NCBI GenBank assembly: GCA_965112155.1
Contig: OZ218113.1
From: Podarcis liolepis
Lineage: Eukaryota
DNA length: 64,000 nt
Strand: one strand, 5' to 3'
The notes under the pieces are model-generated. The model did no database searches. It saw only the letters and a program-made list of their open reading frames with translations, and had not been told where the DNA came from. Of the stretch, positions 1-13,316 are shown piece after piece (the first letter of the stretch is position 1; each line of letters begins with the position of its first letter). The translations under genes and the position numbers were made by a program.

Positions 1-371
1 GTATGGGATGAGATCATACAGTCCCCATCCAATTCCACTTTGCATCCATTTGAGGTCCAGCCCTGATTGCAAAAGCCTGCAGATCTCCACCCCTTTAGAG
101 CTGACAAAATAATGCACATTTTGCCCAGGTTTCCCACCCTTCCTTGTGTGTGTTTGTGTGCCTGTGTGTGTGTGTGTGCATGTATGCACAGCATACATTT
201 AAAAAACATTTAAAGCACACACACAAAACCAAGTTTGTGTGTGCTTTAAATGTATGCTGCATACGCAGAATTACCACTCACATTGCTACAGTTCCCAGCA
301 CCCTTACCAAACTATCATTCCCAAGATTCTTGGTTGTGTATATGCTTTCAATGTATGGTGCATATGCAGCC

Positions 372-374
<3 letters not shown>

Positions 375-414
<40 letters not shown>
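375..414. repeat. (GT)n microsatellite
   Basis: Direct reading. Confidence 0.95.
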
Positions 415-416
<2 letters not shown>

Positions 417-1656
417 TTTAAGTGAGACATAGCTGCAAACCCTGTGATTGCAACTTCACTGTGTCAAGCTGCCACGATTTATTGATTTGTTTATTTCATT
501 TTTATCCCACCCTCCTTCTGAGGAACTCAAGGAGCTGCACATGGTTCTTCCTCGCTCTCCATTTCACCCCCACAACTTCCCTGTGAGGTGGGTCAGGTTA
601 AGAGATTGTGACTGACCCAAGAGGCATGACCAGAGTTCTGGGACAAATCCCAGCCGGCCATAAACACTCGAGGTGCTAAAGGGCCCCTGAGGAGTCCTGG
701 AGAGCAACTTCCAGCCCTTGTAGACAATACTGAGCTAGAGATGGACTCTGCAGGAGGAAGAACATGCTTGATCACAAAGGTACAGCTCCTCTCCTAATCC
801 TGCCAGCGGTGACCCCAACATCCTGAAGCAAGAGGTTCCAAAGGTCAATTCTGCAGTGCAATCTGTGGCTAAGTACTTTCCAAAGGACCTTTCCACTGGA
901 GAAACATCATGTCAATCATTTTAAAGCTGCACTGTTTTGCTCTTTGACTGGGTTGTTGTTGTTGTTGTTGTTGTTTTGGTGGGGTGGGGAAGAACTCAGG
1001 CTGGATCTAGACACATCCAAGAAGCGTTTCAGATAAACGAGTTGCAAACTTTGTATGGGAAATCAGGTTAGCAAAAAACAGAACTCCACAGCGCCATCTC
1101 TTGTCGCAGTGTTAGAATGCATAAACAAGGCGTATAAAGCCAATTGTAGCTGAGTCCAGTCTCCTGTTCTGCTGATAACCCTCCCTTCCCAGTCTGACCC
1201 CAGCAACACCGCAGCGCCAGCTTTTGGCTCGGTAGAGTCTATGATGCTGGGAATGATGATGCATCAGGTACCCCACCCTTTTCACATGGGGTGGGGGCTG
1301 CCTTGCTGGTGCTTGAAAGGGCTGGAGGTCATGTTGGGAGGGATGCAATCTGGGTCTGTGGACATCTCTGGCAGAGAATCAATCCAAGACTCAAAAGGCA
1401 AGAGGTGGAGAAATTCAGTGATGAGAACCAGGGTGGGATGGAGGCAGAAAGAGGCACCCATGCATTTGGGGGCTTAGCCCTAACATGGAGTGAACCCTTT
1501 TGGCTCTATTTACTTTGCATCTGGGTTAGGATATTCCTGAAATAAGAGTCTGCCAGGCTGAAATAAGAGTCACAGCAGGCAGAAATTCAAGAGGAGAAGC
1601 TGCCCTCCAGCTCCAGTCAATTCAGCTCCACACTTTGGGGAAAGTAAAACCTGTTA

Positions 1657-1882
1657 CAGTGGTACCTCGGGTTACAGACGCTTCAGGTTACAGACTTCGC
1701 TAACTCAGAAATAGTACCTCGGGTTAAGAACTTTGTTTCAGGATGAGAACAGAAACCGTGCTCCGGCGGTGCGGCGGCAGCTGGAGGCCCCATTAGCTAA
1801 AGTGCTGCTTCAGGTTAAGAACAGTTTCAGGTTAAGAACGGACCTCCGGAACGAATTAAGTACGTAACCAGAGGTAGCACTG
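1657..1882 (+). mobile_element. Tigger-type MITE
   Basis: TA|CAGTGGTACCTCGGGTT...GAGGTAGCACTG|TA. Confidence 0.9.
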
Positions 1883-2250
1883 TATATTTCTTTTCTGCTG
1901 CTTTGTGCCGCTATTAAATATGGTAGCATCTTGCCAGGTTGGGTGAGTGAGGTCCAATAGTCTTCCCTGAGCTCCCAGAACTCAGCTCTTGAACCTGCAT
2001 GCAATACCAGGGAAACATGGGCATTTTCTTTGCAAATTGCTTGGGGAAGACAAGCATGAACAGAGGGTGCTCTTCCTTTGCAGCTGGGTCATCATCACAG
2101 CCAGGCCAGACAGAGGGCTTCTGAAATTTGAGCCCCAGCACCTCTTGCAAACTAAGCAAAGGAGGTGGGGGGGGAGATTCCTTGGCACACAGTCCCCACC
2201 CTTGAAAAGTAAAGATTCACTCCCCTCTGAAAAAATACCCTCCAGTCCAA

Positions 2251-2251
<1 letters not shown>

Positions 2252-2287
<36 letters not shown>
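2252..2287. repeat. (CA)n microsatellite
   Basis: Direct reading. Confidence 0.95.
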
Positions 2288-2290
<3 letters not shown>

Positions 2291-4790
2291 TCTCCTTTCC
2301 CCCTGCAAACAACCCCTCCCCATTCTTATGGGGCTGGTCTAGGGTCCCATATGCAGCAGCAGGGGCTGAGATAGCTGTCTGGATTGGGGGGGGGGCTTCC
2401 ACTCCCCCAGAGAAGGAAAGAGAGAAGGAACTCAGTGTCCCACACCCAACCCCAACCCCTGTGGCGCACGATGATGTCTCTCCCACCCTCTCAGCCTGGG
2501 GCAGAGCCAAGTGGGGAAATGGCTTTTGCAGGACAAAGGCTGGAAAGAACCCAGGAGTCCTGACTGCCAGCCCCCCCCCCCCCCGCGCGTAAAGCCCCAC
2601 ACTTCCCTCTTTAAAATAGGGGGCAGCAAAAGAAAAGAAAAAAGATCATCTTCCACCTCCCTCTGCTCTAAAACAATTAAGTGCCACCATCTCAGCCAGA
2701 AAACGGGGAATTGAATGATGAGCCCTTTCCATGTGTTTGATATCTCAAGTCATCGTCTGTTGGGACCCAGGAGTTCTCAGGGAGAAAGGCCCACAGCCCC
2801 CGCTTTTAACCATGAAATGTCCTGGCTTGAAGCATTTTCACTCTAACTGCTGTACCCTACTCCCTTTGGGGTGCGGGGCACGGGAGGCAGCTAAGGGACT
2901 CATCCTGGCTCCTGTCAAGACAGGCAGACATGCAACTGCCCCCAGCCCTGAGCTGTCACACACAGAGATGGGCGTGCCACCTTCACCTGTTGAATTTATA
3001 CCTGTCCTGCAGCAGTGAGAGGCATAGAAGTTTGTGGGGGAGGGATAAGACTATCTTCAGTGGTCCTTCCCATTTTCCTCCCTGTTGAGATATCTTATGG
3101 GGGGGCATGTATGAATTGGCAGACCCCTTCCTAAATTATTGTTCAGCGCACTGATGTGGAACCTCCAGGCGAAACACAACCACCTTTCCCAGGCCTGGCG
3201 CCATGTTTCCCAGGGAAAAGGAGGCTTGTGGGGGGGGGTATAGCCATAGAGCCATAGAGACAGCTCTGGAGTGAGGTGAGGAGTCCTCATCAGGGGCAGT
3301 TTTGGGGTGCTGTTAAGAGCAGCAGAATGGAAAGCATATAGGTCTGAGCCACTGGAAAGCTCTCTACTCCCTTGCAAGCCCCACACTGAACGAGACAAGA
3401 GCTGCCAGCCTACTCTTGGTCAGGTGAGAGCCTGCCTTTGGCATCTCACTGTCCTCTGGTAGTCTCCATTGGAAGAGTTTGGTTCTGGTACTCAGGGACT
3501 ACAGGGGCACCAGGGATTCCACCTACCGGTAAGTAAAGCATGATGGAGGTACTGAGGCAACCTTTCCATGCTCCAAATCAGCTGTTTATGACAAGTTCAA
3601 TATAAAGTGAAGCCCTGTTAAATAGGAAGTAGTGTCTTTGAGAATGTACAGAGTGCCTTCTGTGCCCACCATCACAGTCTCACCAGAACCAGTTCCACAC
3701 ATATGCTTGAAGTCTGAAGGGTTCAGGCTTACAAGCCCCACAGCGTTTAGATTAGGACCAAGGGGTATCGGGTTCAAATCCACACACAGCCAACATGGCT
3801 TGCCTTCAGCTCTGCGAACCTTAAGTTTGCCATCCTTCAGCCTAACCTGCCATATAGGGTAGTTTTGAGGATAAGAAGTGCCCCCCCCCAGCAACTTGGA
3901 GAAGTGGGGCATATATAAATGCGAGAGATTAAGCTTCTGGTTGGCATTCGACGGAACTTGGGCATTGCAGGAGGGAGTGGTGCCTAGTGGTGGGAGCTGC
4001 TCCTTCCTAATCCAGTGCTTCCAGCCTCCATTTATTCTCAGGAAGGCTGAAATGACAAAACTGGGATTTGTTTTTTAAAAAAAGTTTGAAGAAGAAGCTG
4101 AACTGTGGGGGAGAGGTTTAGGAGAGAATACATGAGACAAAGCAGACCATCTTGTGGGCTGGATTCAGCACCCCCCCCCACCCCGCCCCGGCTCACCATT
4201 TGGGTGGGGGCCACCCCGGTCACTAACAGCAACACGGCCGTCTGCAGCAGAAAGGACTGAGCGTTCCTCCTGACCTCACAGCAACCCTGGCCAGGAGGAA
4301 CAGCCAGCGAGCAGCAAGGGCGGCCGGTGGCCTCCACCCTGCCTGGAAACGGAGGGCTGGAGTAAGATGCCTTATACTGAGTCAGCCTCTTGGGTCCATC
4401 TGGCTCAGTACTGTCTGCACTGACCGGCAGCAGTGACTCTCCGTTGTTTCAGACAGGAGTCCCTCGCTGATCCCTGGCGTTCTGCTTGCTTGCCAAGCAG
4501 ATTCTCCACCTCTGAGCTGCCTACCCAGAGATGGAGGAATAGCATTGCCACACAGCGCTCTAACCACTATGCACCTCCTCCCCCACACACACACATGTGC
4601 ATGCAGCAGTGGCTGAGAAACAGGGTTGCCAACTGCCCATCTAGCCCCCGCTCCTCTGCTGTTTTGATTTGGCACAACAAGCAGTAGAAAGTCCCCAGCT
4701 AACTTCTCCAACGAGAGCCTCGGCTAAAGGCAGAGGAGCGGGCCCAAAGCTGGTCAGGTGGCCACTCTGGAGTGCCAGCGGTGTGCTGTA

Positions 4791-5003
4791 CAGTGGTACC
4801 ACGGGTTACATACGCTTCAGGTTACAGACTCTGCTAACGCAGAAATATTACCTCGGGTTCAGGATGAGAACAGAAATCGTGCTTCAGCGGCGCAGCGGCA
4901 GCAGGAGGCCCCATTAGCTAAAGTGGTGCTACAGGTTAAGAACAGTTTCAGGTTAAGAACAGACCTCCGGAACGAATTAAGTACTTATCCCAAGGTACCA
5001 CTG
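4791..5003 (+). mobile_element. Tigger-type MITE (same family as 1657)
   Basis: TA|CAGTGGTACC...GGTACCACTG|TA; internal sequence shared with 1657-1882. Confidence 0.9.
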
Positions 5004-6295
5004 TAATTGGTTACCGTGTTGGACTGGGGCTGTCGGAGGCATGGGGTTAAATCCATACTTCTCCAAAAAGTTTCCTGGGTGATCAGTGTGCCAGGCACTC
5101 TCTCAGCCTGGTCTTCCTCATAGGGTTGTTGGGAGAGTAAAATAGGGAGGCGGGGGAGAGAGGAAATCACATACATCACCTCCAGCTCCCTGCAAAAAAA
5201 ATGGGACTATAAATATAATAAAGTGGGGGGGGGGCAGACTCAGACTTTCAGCACATCCCTACCATGCAATAATTACAGGGGGTGTCATATTTGGAACGTC
5301 TGTATTTATTTAGAAATTCATCAAGTGTGCTGGTTCTACTTCACTTCCAATATGGGATGGGAGCTGCACCTGTTGAATTTCTGCCAATGTTAAAGCCACG
5401 AAAGATGCCCCAACTATGGGAAGATGGAGGGAGGGATATGGCAATCATACAAACCAGCTAGCCCTCCTTATCCCTTTCCCGCATCTTGTTTGCAGCATCT
5501 TGTATAGCGTCACCTCTTTTGACCTACCTTCGTCTCTAACCACAAGGCGCTGCTGCTGCTGCTGCTCGCAGACCCTAAAAGGGAACCCTGGCGTCCTAGT
5601 TCCCAGGCCTCGCCCACCCACCCCATTTCCTGGCTCCGTCCCTCGGCAAGTGTCTGTGTGTGGGCCGGATGGCTGATTTTCCCACCCAAGCGCTGCTCGA
5701 GCGCAAAGCCCGTTAACAAGGACGCCCGCCCAGGGTCTTCAACGCACACTCTCCCGTTGCAGGAAATTGGGGGGGGGGAGGGTGTTGCGTTTCCCTGAGC
5801 GATGGATTCCCCTCCCCAAATTTGGGGCAGGGGGTTGGAGGAGGCCAAAGGAAGGTTCAGCTGAAGTTTCAGAATAAATAAACACGTGGGATTGAGCCTC
5901 TGCAGCCTTCTTTGTCTTCCTCTCAGGGGAGGTCGCTGGGGTTGGCAGACCTCTGTACATGCTCAGAGGCACTCTTTTACTCTGGCCACCAGGATGCTGG
6001 ACGAGTGGGGCCACTGGCCCGAGCCACCGGGTTCTCCTTATGAACCTCCCATTTATTCACACTGTTCTAGCCTTTTTGGCGACCAGTAACTTGGAAGGGG
6101 AAGGGAATGGACAGAATTCGAACCCCAGACCGCCAGTGTCAGGTAGAAAACAGCCAGCCATCCGCATTCTTTCAGAAACTTGCAGGACAGTGCTTTGCTC
6201 TCTCCACATGCTTCCTCCACAAAAACCAGTCATTAATTAATTTCTTGCTATTTGAGGGTTTGGTATTGAAAAGAGGACAGCAGAGCTGGTTAAAT

Positions 6296-6442
6296 CAGTG
6301 GCGTAGCGTGGGTTATCAGCACCTGGGGCAAGGCAAGTAATTTGCGTCCCCTAATCCGTGGATTTGCGCCCCCTAACCCTAACCCCCAGATGTTGCGCCC
6401 AGTGCGGCCGGCCCCCCCCGCACCCCCCACGCTAAGCCACTG
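6296..6442. mobile_element. hAT-type MITE
   Basis: TIR CAGTGGCGTAGCGTGGG; 8-bp TSD GGTTAAAT. Confidence 0.9.
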
Positions 6443-7007
6443 GGTTAAATTACGGTAAACCTGGGACTCACTTGAGCAAGAGCTTGTGGTGTTGTTGTTT
6501 TTTTAAAGGCTCAACTAAACTGGTGCTAAACTGGCCTGGAAAACACACCTTTCAGTAAAATTAGCAGATGTACCCAGGCTCTCACCAAACACAGGCTGAC
6601 TGGCGAATGATAAGAGGTGGGCATGGCAAGGCCCTCAGCCAAAGAATTAAACTAGTACCCTTCCACGTGGACAATACCCTGGGACAACAAATCTCTGGCT
6701 GTGGGCAACAGGCGAGAGAAGTCCCAGAGTTGGCTTACTGTGGGACACCTGCCATTTCAATGACCCACAATGCCCTGGGGCAGCATCGCTAAAATGGTGT
6801 GTGGTTTCTGATATCCAGCTGCTGAGTACAGGTACAGGTGGGAAGGATAAATGGTGGGTGCTGGTGGGGTGTTTGGGCCCTGGCAGCTGCCCCAAGGAGG
6901 CAGGTGCTGGCAGCAGCCCTGTGCATCAGAAAGCATAGCTATGTTGCACTTGCTACTGGTATATGTGCTCTCAGGGGAGGAATAATAGCTCACTGGAAGA
7001 AGATGTA

Positions 7008-7249
7008 CAGTGGCACCTCGGGTTAAGAACTTAATTCGTTCCGGAGTTCCGTTCCTAACCTGAAACTGTTCTTAACCTGAGGTACCACTTTAGCTAATGG
7101 GGCCTCCCGCCGCTGTCACACCGCTGGAGCATGATTTCTGTTCTCATCCTGAAGCAAAGTTCTTAACCCGAGGTACTATTTCTGGGTTAGCGGAGTCTGT
7201 AACCTGAAGCGTCTGTAATCTGAAGCGTCTGTAACCCGAGGTTCCACTG
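7008..7249 (-). mobile_element. Tigger-type MITE (same family, reverse)
   Basis: TA|CAGTGGCACCTCGGG...CCCGAGGTTCCACTG|TA. Confidence 0.9.
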
Positions 7250-8772
7250 TACTTCGCATTGAGAAGGCCCCGAGTGCAATCCCTGAAACATCCAGGTAAA
7301 ATGGACCAGCTGGCAGGTAAGGGGACTCTGAAGGGCAGCTGCCAGAGGATGGAGTAGACTAGAGGTGGCGAAGATTTTCCGGCCCAAGAACCACATTACT
7401 TTCAGGGGCACACATGCCAGTGTTGGGCAGGGCAGTGGATATAACTTTTACCTTTTGCATAGTAGGCTTGTTTTGACACTCTGTTCTCCATCCAGGGAAG
7501 CAAGGGGTGTGGGAGATGAGCAGCCAAAACTAATAAATGCATATTCTTGCTAGTTAGCATGAGAAGGGAACAAGTCCACAAAGCCGTACGGCTGATAGGT
7601 AGATACTCAGACCATAGAAACGCAATTGGTAGAGAGGACTATGTGTGATGTCATTTCCCCAAAGGAACATGTCATACTTTCTCTTTTTCTTCCTTTGAAC
7701 GTGTATTGGATTTGAACATAACCTCTGCTTGCTACAGCTTTAGACACATGCCTGAAGCTGGTTACACTGTAAATAGAAGTATTTTGCCTGCATAGTTTTT
7801 ACTGCTGCCATTGCTGTCAACCAATGCATGATTACAAAGTAAGGTAATTTTTTATTTTTAAACTTGCTTCCCAGGTTGTTGCCCGATTCTTTGTTAAGCA
7901 GGGTAAGAAGGGGAAGGCCAGCTTACTTCATTTGACTGGACTTGCTCAAAAGAAGACACCACAGCTTAATTCCTACGCTTTTAAATTTTGCTGACAAGGA
8001 TGGGATTTTGAAACTCTCTTTAAGCCACACACATGGAGGGTCAATTTGCAATTGATATCTCTTCTCCTACCCATTAAAACCCATCCCACAAGGGGCATGG
8101 TCAAAGTTTGGTGTTTGGTGGAGTTTTGGGGTTTTTTTAAAGGCTTTTTCAAAGGTTTCCAGAGGTTTAGAGGGTGTTTGCAGGCTTTTCCAGTGGTGTT
8201 CCCAATATACGTGATTTCCCTGCGTAAATGGGGAGTTGCCTTTAAATGTAATCAGTGAAAAGGACTGAAGGGAGGGTGCAAAAGGAATGCCTTGTAACCC
8301 CTTTTCCACACCCTTCCCTATTTCAGGGCTCAGTTTCCAGAACATGTGAGGTAATGTCAACAGTGACCCTGAGCATGCAAAGAGTGCCCTTCCTCGACTT
8401 CCACTTAGTCATTAATTCATGAGAAGCTAAGAAGGGCTTGACTGCTGGATCAGGAAAAAGGCCCATCTATAATTGTGGACAGATGAAAGCATTAGCAGGA
8501 TTTTAACCACACTTGTAAAGTAACAAAACTTATGGACAATTTAGACTGATGGAAAATTTGGGTATGAACTGATATGTAGTTGTAAACATTGTTTTTAGGA
8601 ACCATGGAGGGGATAGGGTGAAGTCTCAAGATTCAGAGTAATCTCATTTAATGGATTCTTAATTGATTTTGTTATATGTTTATAGATATATTTTTAAATC
8701 AAATAAAAAAAATTACAACAAAAAAAGGGAAAAGGCCCATCTACTCCACTGTTCTCACAGTGGCTGGCCAGA

Positions 8773-8871
8773 CATGGGCATAGCCAAGATTTTTGTTGGG
8801 GAGGGAGCCTCAGTTTGCTATGTATTTTTATTGATTTGGGGGGCAGCTGCCCCCCTCCAGCTATGCCCATG
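8773..8871. mobile_element. hAT-type MITE inserted in an older repeat
   Basis: TIR CATGGGCATAGC; TSD TGGCCAGA. Confidence 0.85.
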
Positions 8872-10113
8872 TGGCCAGACGCCCGTTATGGGAAGCTGAA
8901 TTTCCCAGGTGCCCGTGGGAAGAACAAATCCAGACTTCCAAACCTCTTACTCCCCCAAATAACTCTGGAAACACTTTCATGCCCGTTTGAAATCAAGGTT
9001 CCCGTGCCTTTTAACAGCTGCTGCAACAGCAGGCATAAATTTAACCGGTGCAGTGTGTGTCTCCCCAATAAAGTATGACAATGGGGGGGGGTGAAAATCT
9101 TGCAGGATCAGACCAGAAGGGTCCCGTCCAGTCCAGCATCCTGTTCTCACAGTGGCCAACCAGAGGTCCATTCTGGGATGCCTGCAAGCAGGCCCTGGGT
9201 GCAACTGCAGCCTCTGTCCATAGAGATAGGAAGCTCTACTGGATGAATTTCTGCCTGTGGTGCAGATGCTGTAGCCACAGAGCCCCTTTAAGAGGGGGAG
9301 AGGGACCCATGGCACCCCTATAAGGTCTGAAGGGTGATGGGGGCACTGGGATGGGGCCTGTGTGGGGAGGGGGCAGCCCATCCCTTCCAGTGTACAGCCG
9401 CTGCCCCATCTGTTCCTTATTAAAAGTCTCCAGAAAGCTCACATTCCACCCTAAGGCTGATATTAACCCTCTCTGCACCATGTGCAAGGCAAGCACATTC
9501 CTGCCAAGTGCCCCCACACCACACCACCCCCAAGAAATTGCAGGAACTGCAGGAACTGGGCCTCCTCATTCTAGCCACACATCATCAGCTTTAACTCATG
9601 TTGAATTTGCCTGGGAGAGGCTTGGGTCTTCTTCTTATTTCTTTTAGGGGGAGGGGGTTTTTCTGTATCACGCTTGGTTTAAGGGGAGATATTTGCGGGT
9701 TTTGTGGGGGGAGAGAAATAACAGAGCAGGAGAGCTAAGTGTCCCCAGACACCCGACACTTGCACACTCCAAAAAATATTGGCGTTCTGACAATGAAGAG
9801 GAGGGATGGGAAGGAATGAGTTAACTGGAGGGGCTTGGAGGGGCATGATCTGCGCCCCCCTAATAGCACACATTCCTTACAACCTCACAGATCCCCCCAT
9901 CTCCTCAGTTTCCTTAAGGTCCAGGAATTTTTTCCTGCTGAACAAGTTCTAAGATCTCCCTCTCTAAGCACCACAAAGGGTTAACGTATTCCAGAGTTTG
10001 TTGGGTGCCCCACAGCCATCGAGCCCCCACCCCAAAATTAGGCCAAGAGTTGCATTGCCACCACACCCATCCATGCAAACTACAGCCAGACTTGGTTAGG
10101 CTGACTCATGCAG

Positions 10114-10114
<1 letters not shown>

Positions 10115-10161
<47 letters not shown>
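10115..10161. repeat. (GT)n microsatellite
   Basis: Direct reading. Confidence 0.95.
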
Positions 10162-10164
<3 letters not shown>

Positions 10165-11637
10165 AGCAATCCTGCTGGGGGTGGGCTGGGAATAGGAAGA
10201 GGGGGTGGGCTTCTTCATCTGTTGTGATCTCAGTTTCTCTGGCTTGCTCACGCCCTCAGCACCCACAGTCTAGGGGGTGAACCTAATTTTTGCCCCAGAA
10301 ACTGTCATGAACAGCAAGCTCAGTTCTGCAAGCAGCTCAAGGATCATAAAGGGCAGAAAGCCTCTAGGCATGAGCGGAGTGTATTCCATTCACCTCCAGC
10401 TAGCTACATGAACAGACACATCTGATGTGTTTTTGCAAAAAAAAAAGGGGGGGGTCACATCTTACTGGCTTTGATTTCTAGGATGGCTTCTCTGGGCCTG
10501 GAAGTCACAGCAAGTCAGCAAACCGTGAAAGCCAGTTTTCTGTGTGGTCCCTTTACACTAGCAAAGTGACTACCTCTCCTCAAATGTGCAAAGCTTAGAC
10601 AGACTCTCACCAAGTCCACTGTTCCCTATTTGCAGCCTGTCGCCATTTCCCCTGACTTCCATCTTAATTGGGCTGCTAATACTTCAGAAAACGGGTGCAT
10701 GTGGATATGGGAGACAATGATGATGAAGACCTCCGGGGGATGGGATGCGGTCCAAGTTACCATCCAGACTCCCCCCCACCTTTCTCCAAAACTAGGGGCT
10801 ATCAACAGGGCAAGCCGTGGGAAAGATCCTGGGAGGTCGCTGTGTCAGTTGTGGTCGATGTTTCTGGAAAACCAGGTCTTTAATTTTGAAATTATGGGGT
10901 CTGGGAGAGAGGCACAACCCTCTCTCTCCTCTGCTGTTTCTCCCCTGGAGCCTGATCCCACTGGCACCACTCTGCAAAAAAAAGAAGCAGCCCACTAGTT
11001 ATTGTCCCTCTCTTCCATGGGTTCCCAACCCCCCTTGTCAATATATTATATATAGCATTAGAATGCATGGACCTTTATCTCCCTTAAGCTCCATTTACTA
11101 CTGTATGTATTTTTGCATATTTATATTGTAAACTGCCTTGTGGTTTTCTGGTGGAGGGTGGTATAGGGATTTAATAATAATAATAATGATGATGATTCCA
11201 GACTTGATGAGGTGCCCCTGGTCACTAATCTCACCTTCCCCTTCCTCCTCTTAACTGACCAGAATCCACTTGGTTTCCAGAGAAAGAACCAGCACCCAGA
11301 TCTCCTGATCCCCCTACCACTTGGCATATTACTATTCTTCAGCCAACTAGTCCTCATGTCCCACCAATGGCTACCAGCCGGCCCAGGACTCTAAAAGGGG
11401 TCACTGTTGCCACCCCCTAACCATTGCAGCCCCCCACTAACCTAGGAGAACTCTCCCTGCTCTGAATCTGGTCACCTTAACCTAATTCTGCCCTGAGCGC
11501 TATAAATATGGGATCCTCTCAGCTACTCTCTCTCTCTTTCTTACCCCCCACCCCGTTTCCTCCCCGCCCACACCACCACCACCAACTGTTCTCATAAGAC
11601 TCTCCTCTCATTCCAGCCAGGTGGAGGCGCCAGCCCT

Positions 11638-11643
11638 TTTATT
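11638..11643 (-). other. Candidate CD248 polyadenylation signal (AATAAA), implying a ~1.7 kb 3' UTR
   Basis: Plus-strand tttatt downstream of the CD248 stop, preceded in the transcript by a U-rich tract. Confidence 0.4.
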
Positions 11644-13316
11644 GGACACACTGAAGAAAGAAAGAAAAGAAGAAGGAACGAAAAAAAAAGAAAAAGAAAA
11701 AATAACCAAGGGGGAACAATTCCCCCACAAAGGAAAAGTACATCAGCAGTCACGATCAGTGCAGACCCTTTCCTGGCATGCAGAGATCTGCGTTTCCAAC
11801 CCCCAGCCCACCTCGGCCCCTCCATCCTTCCTTCCTCCCTTCTACCCACCCTCCACCCCACACCTCGCCTCTTTGCAACAAGACACACACAAGCGCCCTG
11901 CTGGCACCTGGGAAAAATCTGTCCTCCTCATTGGAGTGCGCTTTCTGAATCTGCCTCCCCCCTCCACTGCGTGGGTCTGGAATGCACTTCTTTTGCAAAG
12001 GGGGCGGGCGGGAGGGGCGGGTGCAAATCATGAATTGGGGTCCCATCCCAGCGTGGGCCTTTTCCTCCTCCCACACCCCAACTCAAGAAGGGCATGGAGT
12101 TTTTTGCCTGCAATGAGAGAGGTTCTTGTGACCCAGAGGCTTCAGCCCAAGAGTGTCCCTCCTCCCTCCGGCCCCTCTGACCAGATGGACAAGGGGGTGG
12201 CGTGGAGGGGGAGAGGCATTGGTGTGGGCCCAGCCTCCCCCAGCTAGATACCCCTTTTCCTAGCTTGTGTGCACTCCAGGGGCATTAAAGGGGTCCTTGG
12301 CATCCTGAGGCAAAGGAGCCCATTCCTAGGGGCCTGAGGTCCCTTCTCCCCACCCCAATAAAATATCTGAGTGGGCTGGGCTCCCCTAAAGTTGCTGGGT
12401 GTTGCCATTCAAATGGTGCGTGCGTGCCTCGTCTTGTGATCGTGGGGCAAGGCTTACCTGGCCCCCCCAATATGTTATTCAAGTCGGCACCCCTGTCCTG
12501 AGGTGACAGTGCGTCCCCAACTAGCAGGGTGTGCTCTGTGTGGCAGATCAGAGAGAACTCTGCACCCCCCCCCACCCTGCCCCCCAAGGTGTTGGGGAAG
12601 GGCGAGCCTCCCTGGCAGAGAGCGCAAATGCAACAGGACTGGTTACGTTTTGAAGTCGCACGCCTCTCCATCTGCCGAAGGCTTCGCCCCCATCCCCACA
12701 AGACCCCCAACTTCAGTCTCAGATTGCCCAACTGTGCCCCTGGAGGAGGGGGAGGGGGGATTCTGCGTGAAACCCTGGAGAGGCGCTGCCCGTCCAGTGC
12801 TGATCTGGAGGGACCCCTGTTCTTAAAGTTCCTGGTTCAGACGTTCCCAGCATTGTATGGCGTCTCTTGTGTCCCAGCCAGGGAGGGACAGCTCTGGTCC
12901 AGTGTCAAGAGTCTCTTTGCCACAGCAGCCTTCCAGCTGGCCTGGCCTGGGTCCCTGGGCTCTCTTCCCAGTAGTTCAGGGACAGAACATCTGCCCCACA
13001 TTTCAGGAAGTTCCAGGCTCAATCCGTAGTGGCATCTCCAGGCAGGCCCGGAATTATCCCCCATCTAAAACCCAGGAGAGCTGCTGCCAGTCCGTGTAGA
13101 CAATACTGAACCAGATGGACCAATGACCGGGTTCCTACGTTGCTCCAAGCCAAGTAAGAGGCCTCTGTCGTTTCCTGGTTGTGGTCAGATATAACTGGCC
13201 ACATGTGGTGTTGGTTTTCTGAGGATCCAGCTTTCCTGCCAGCTGTGAGCAGCGGAGTGTTCTGTGCCAGCCAGGCGTGGGGGGGGGGGGCACAGCGCAG
13301 CTGGCCGGCCTAGGGC

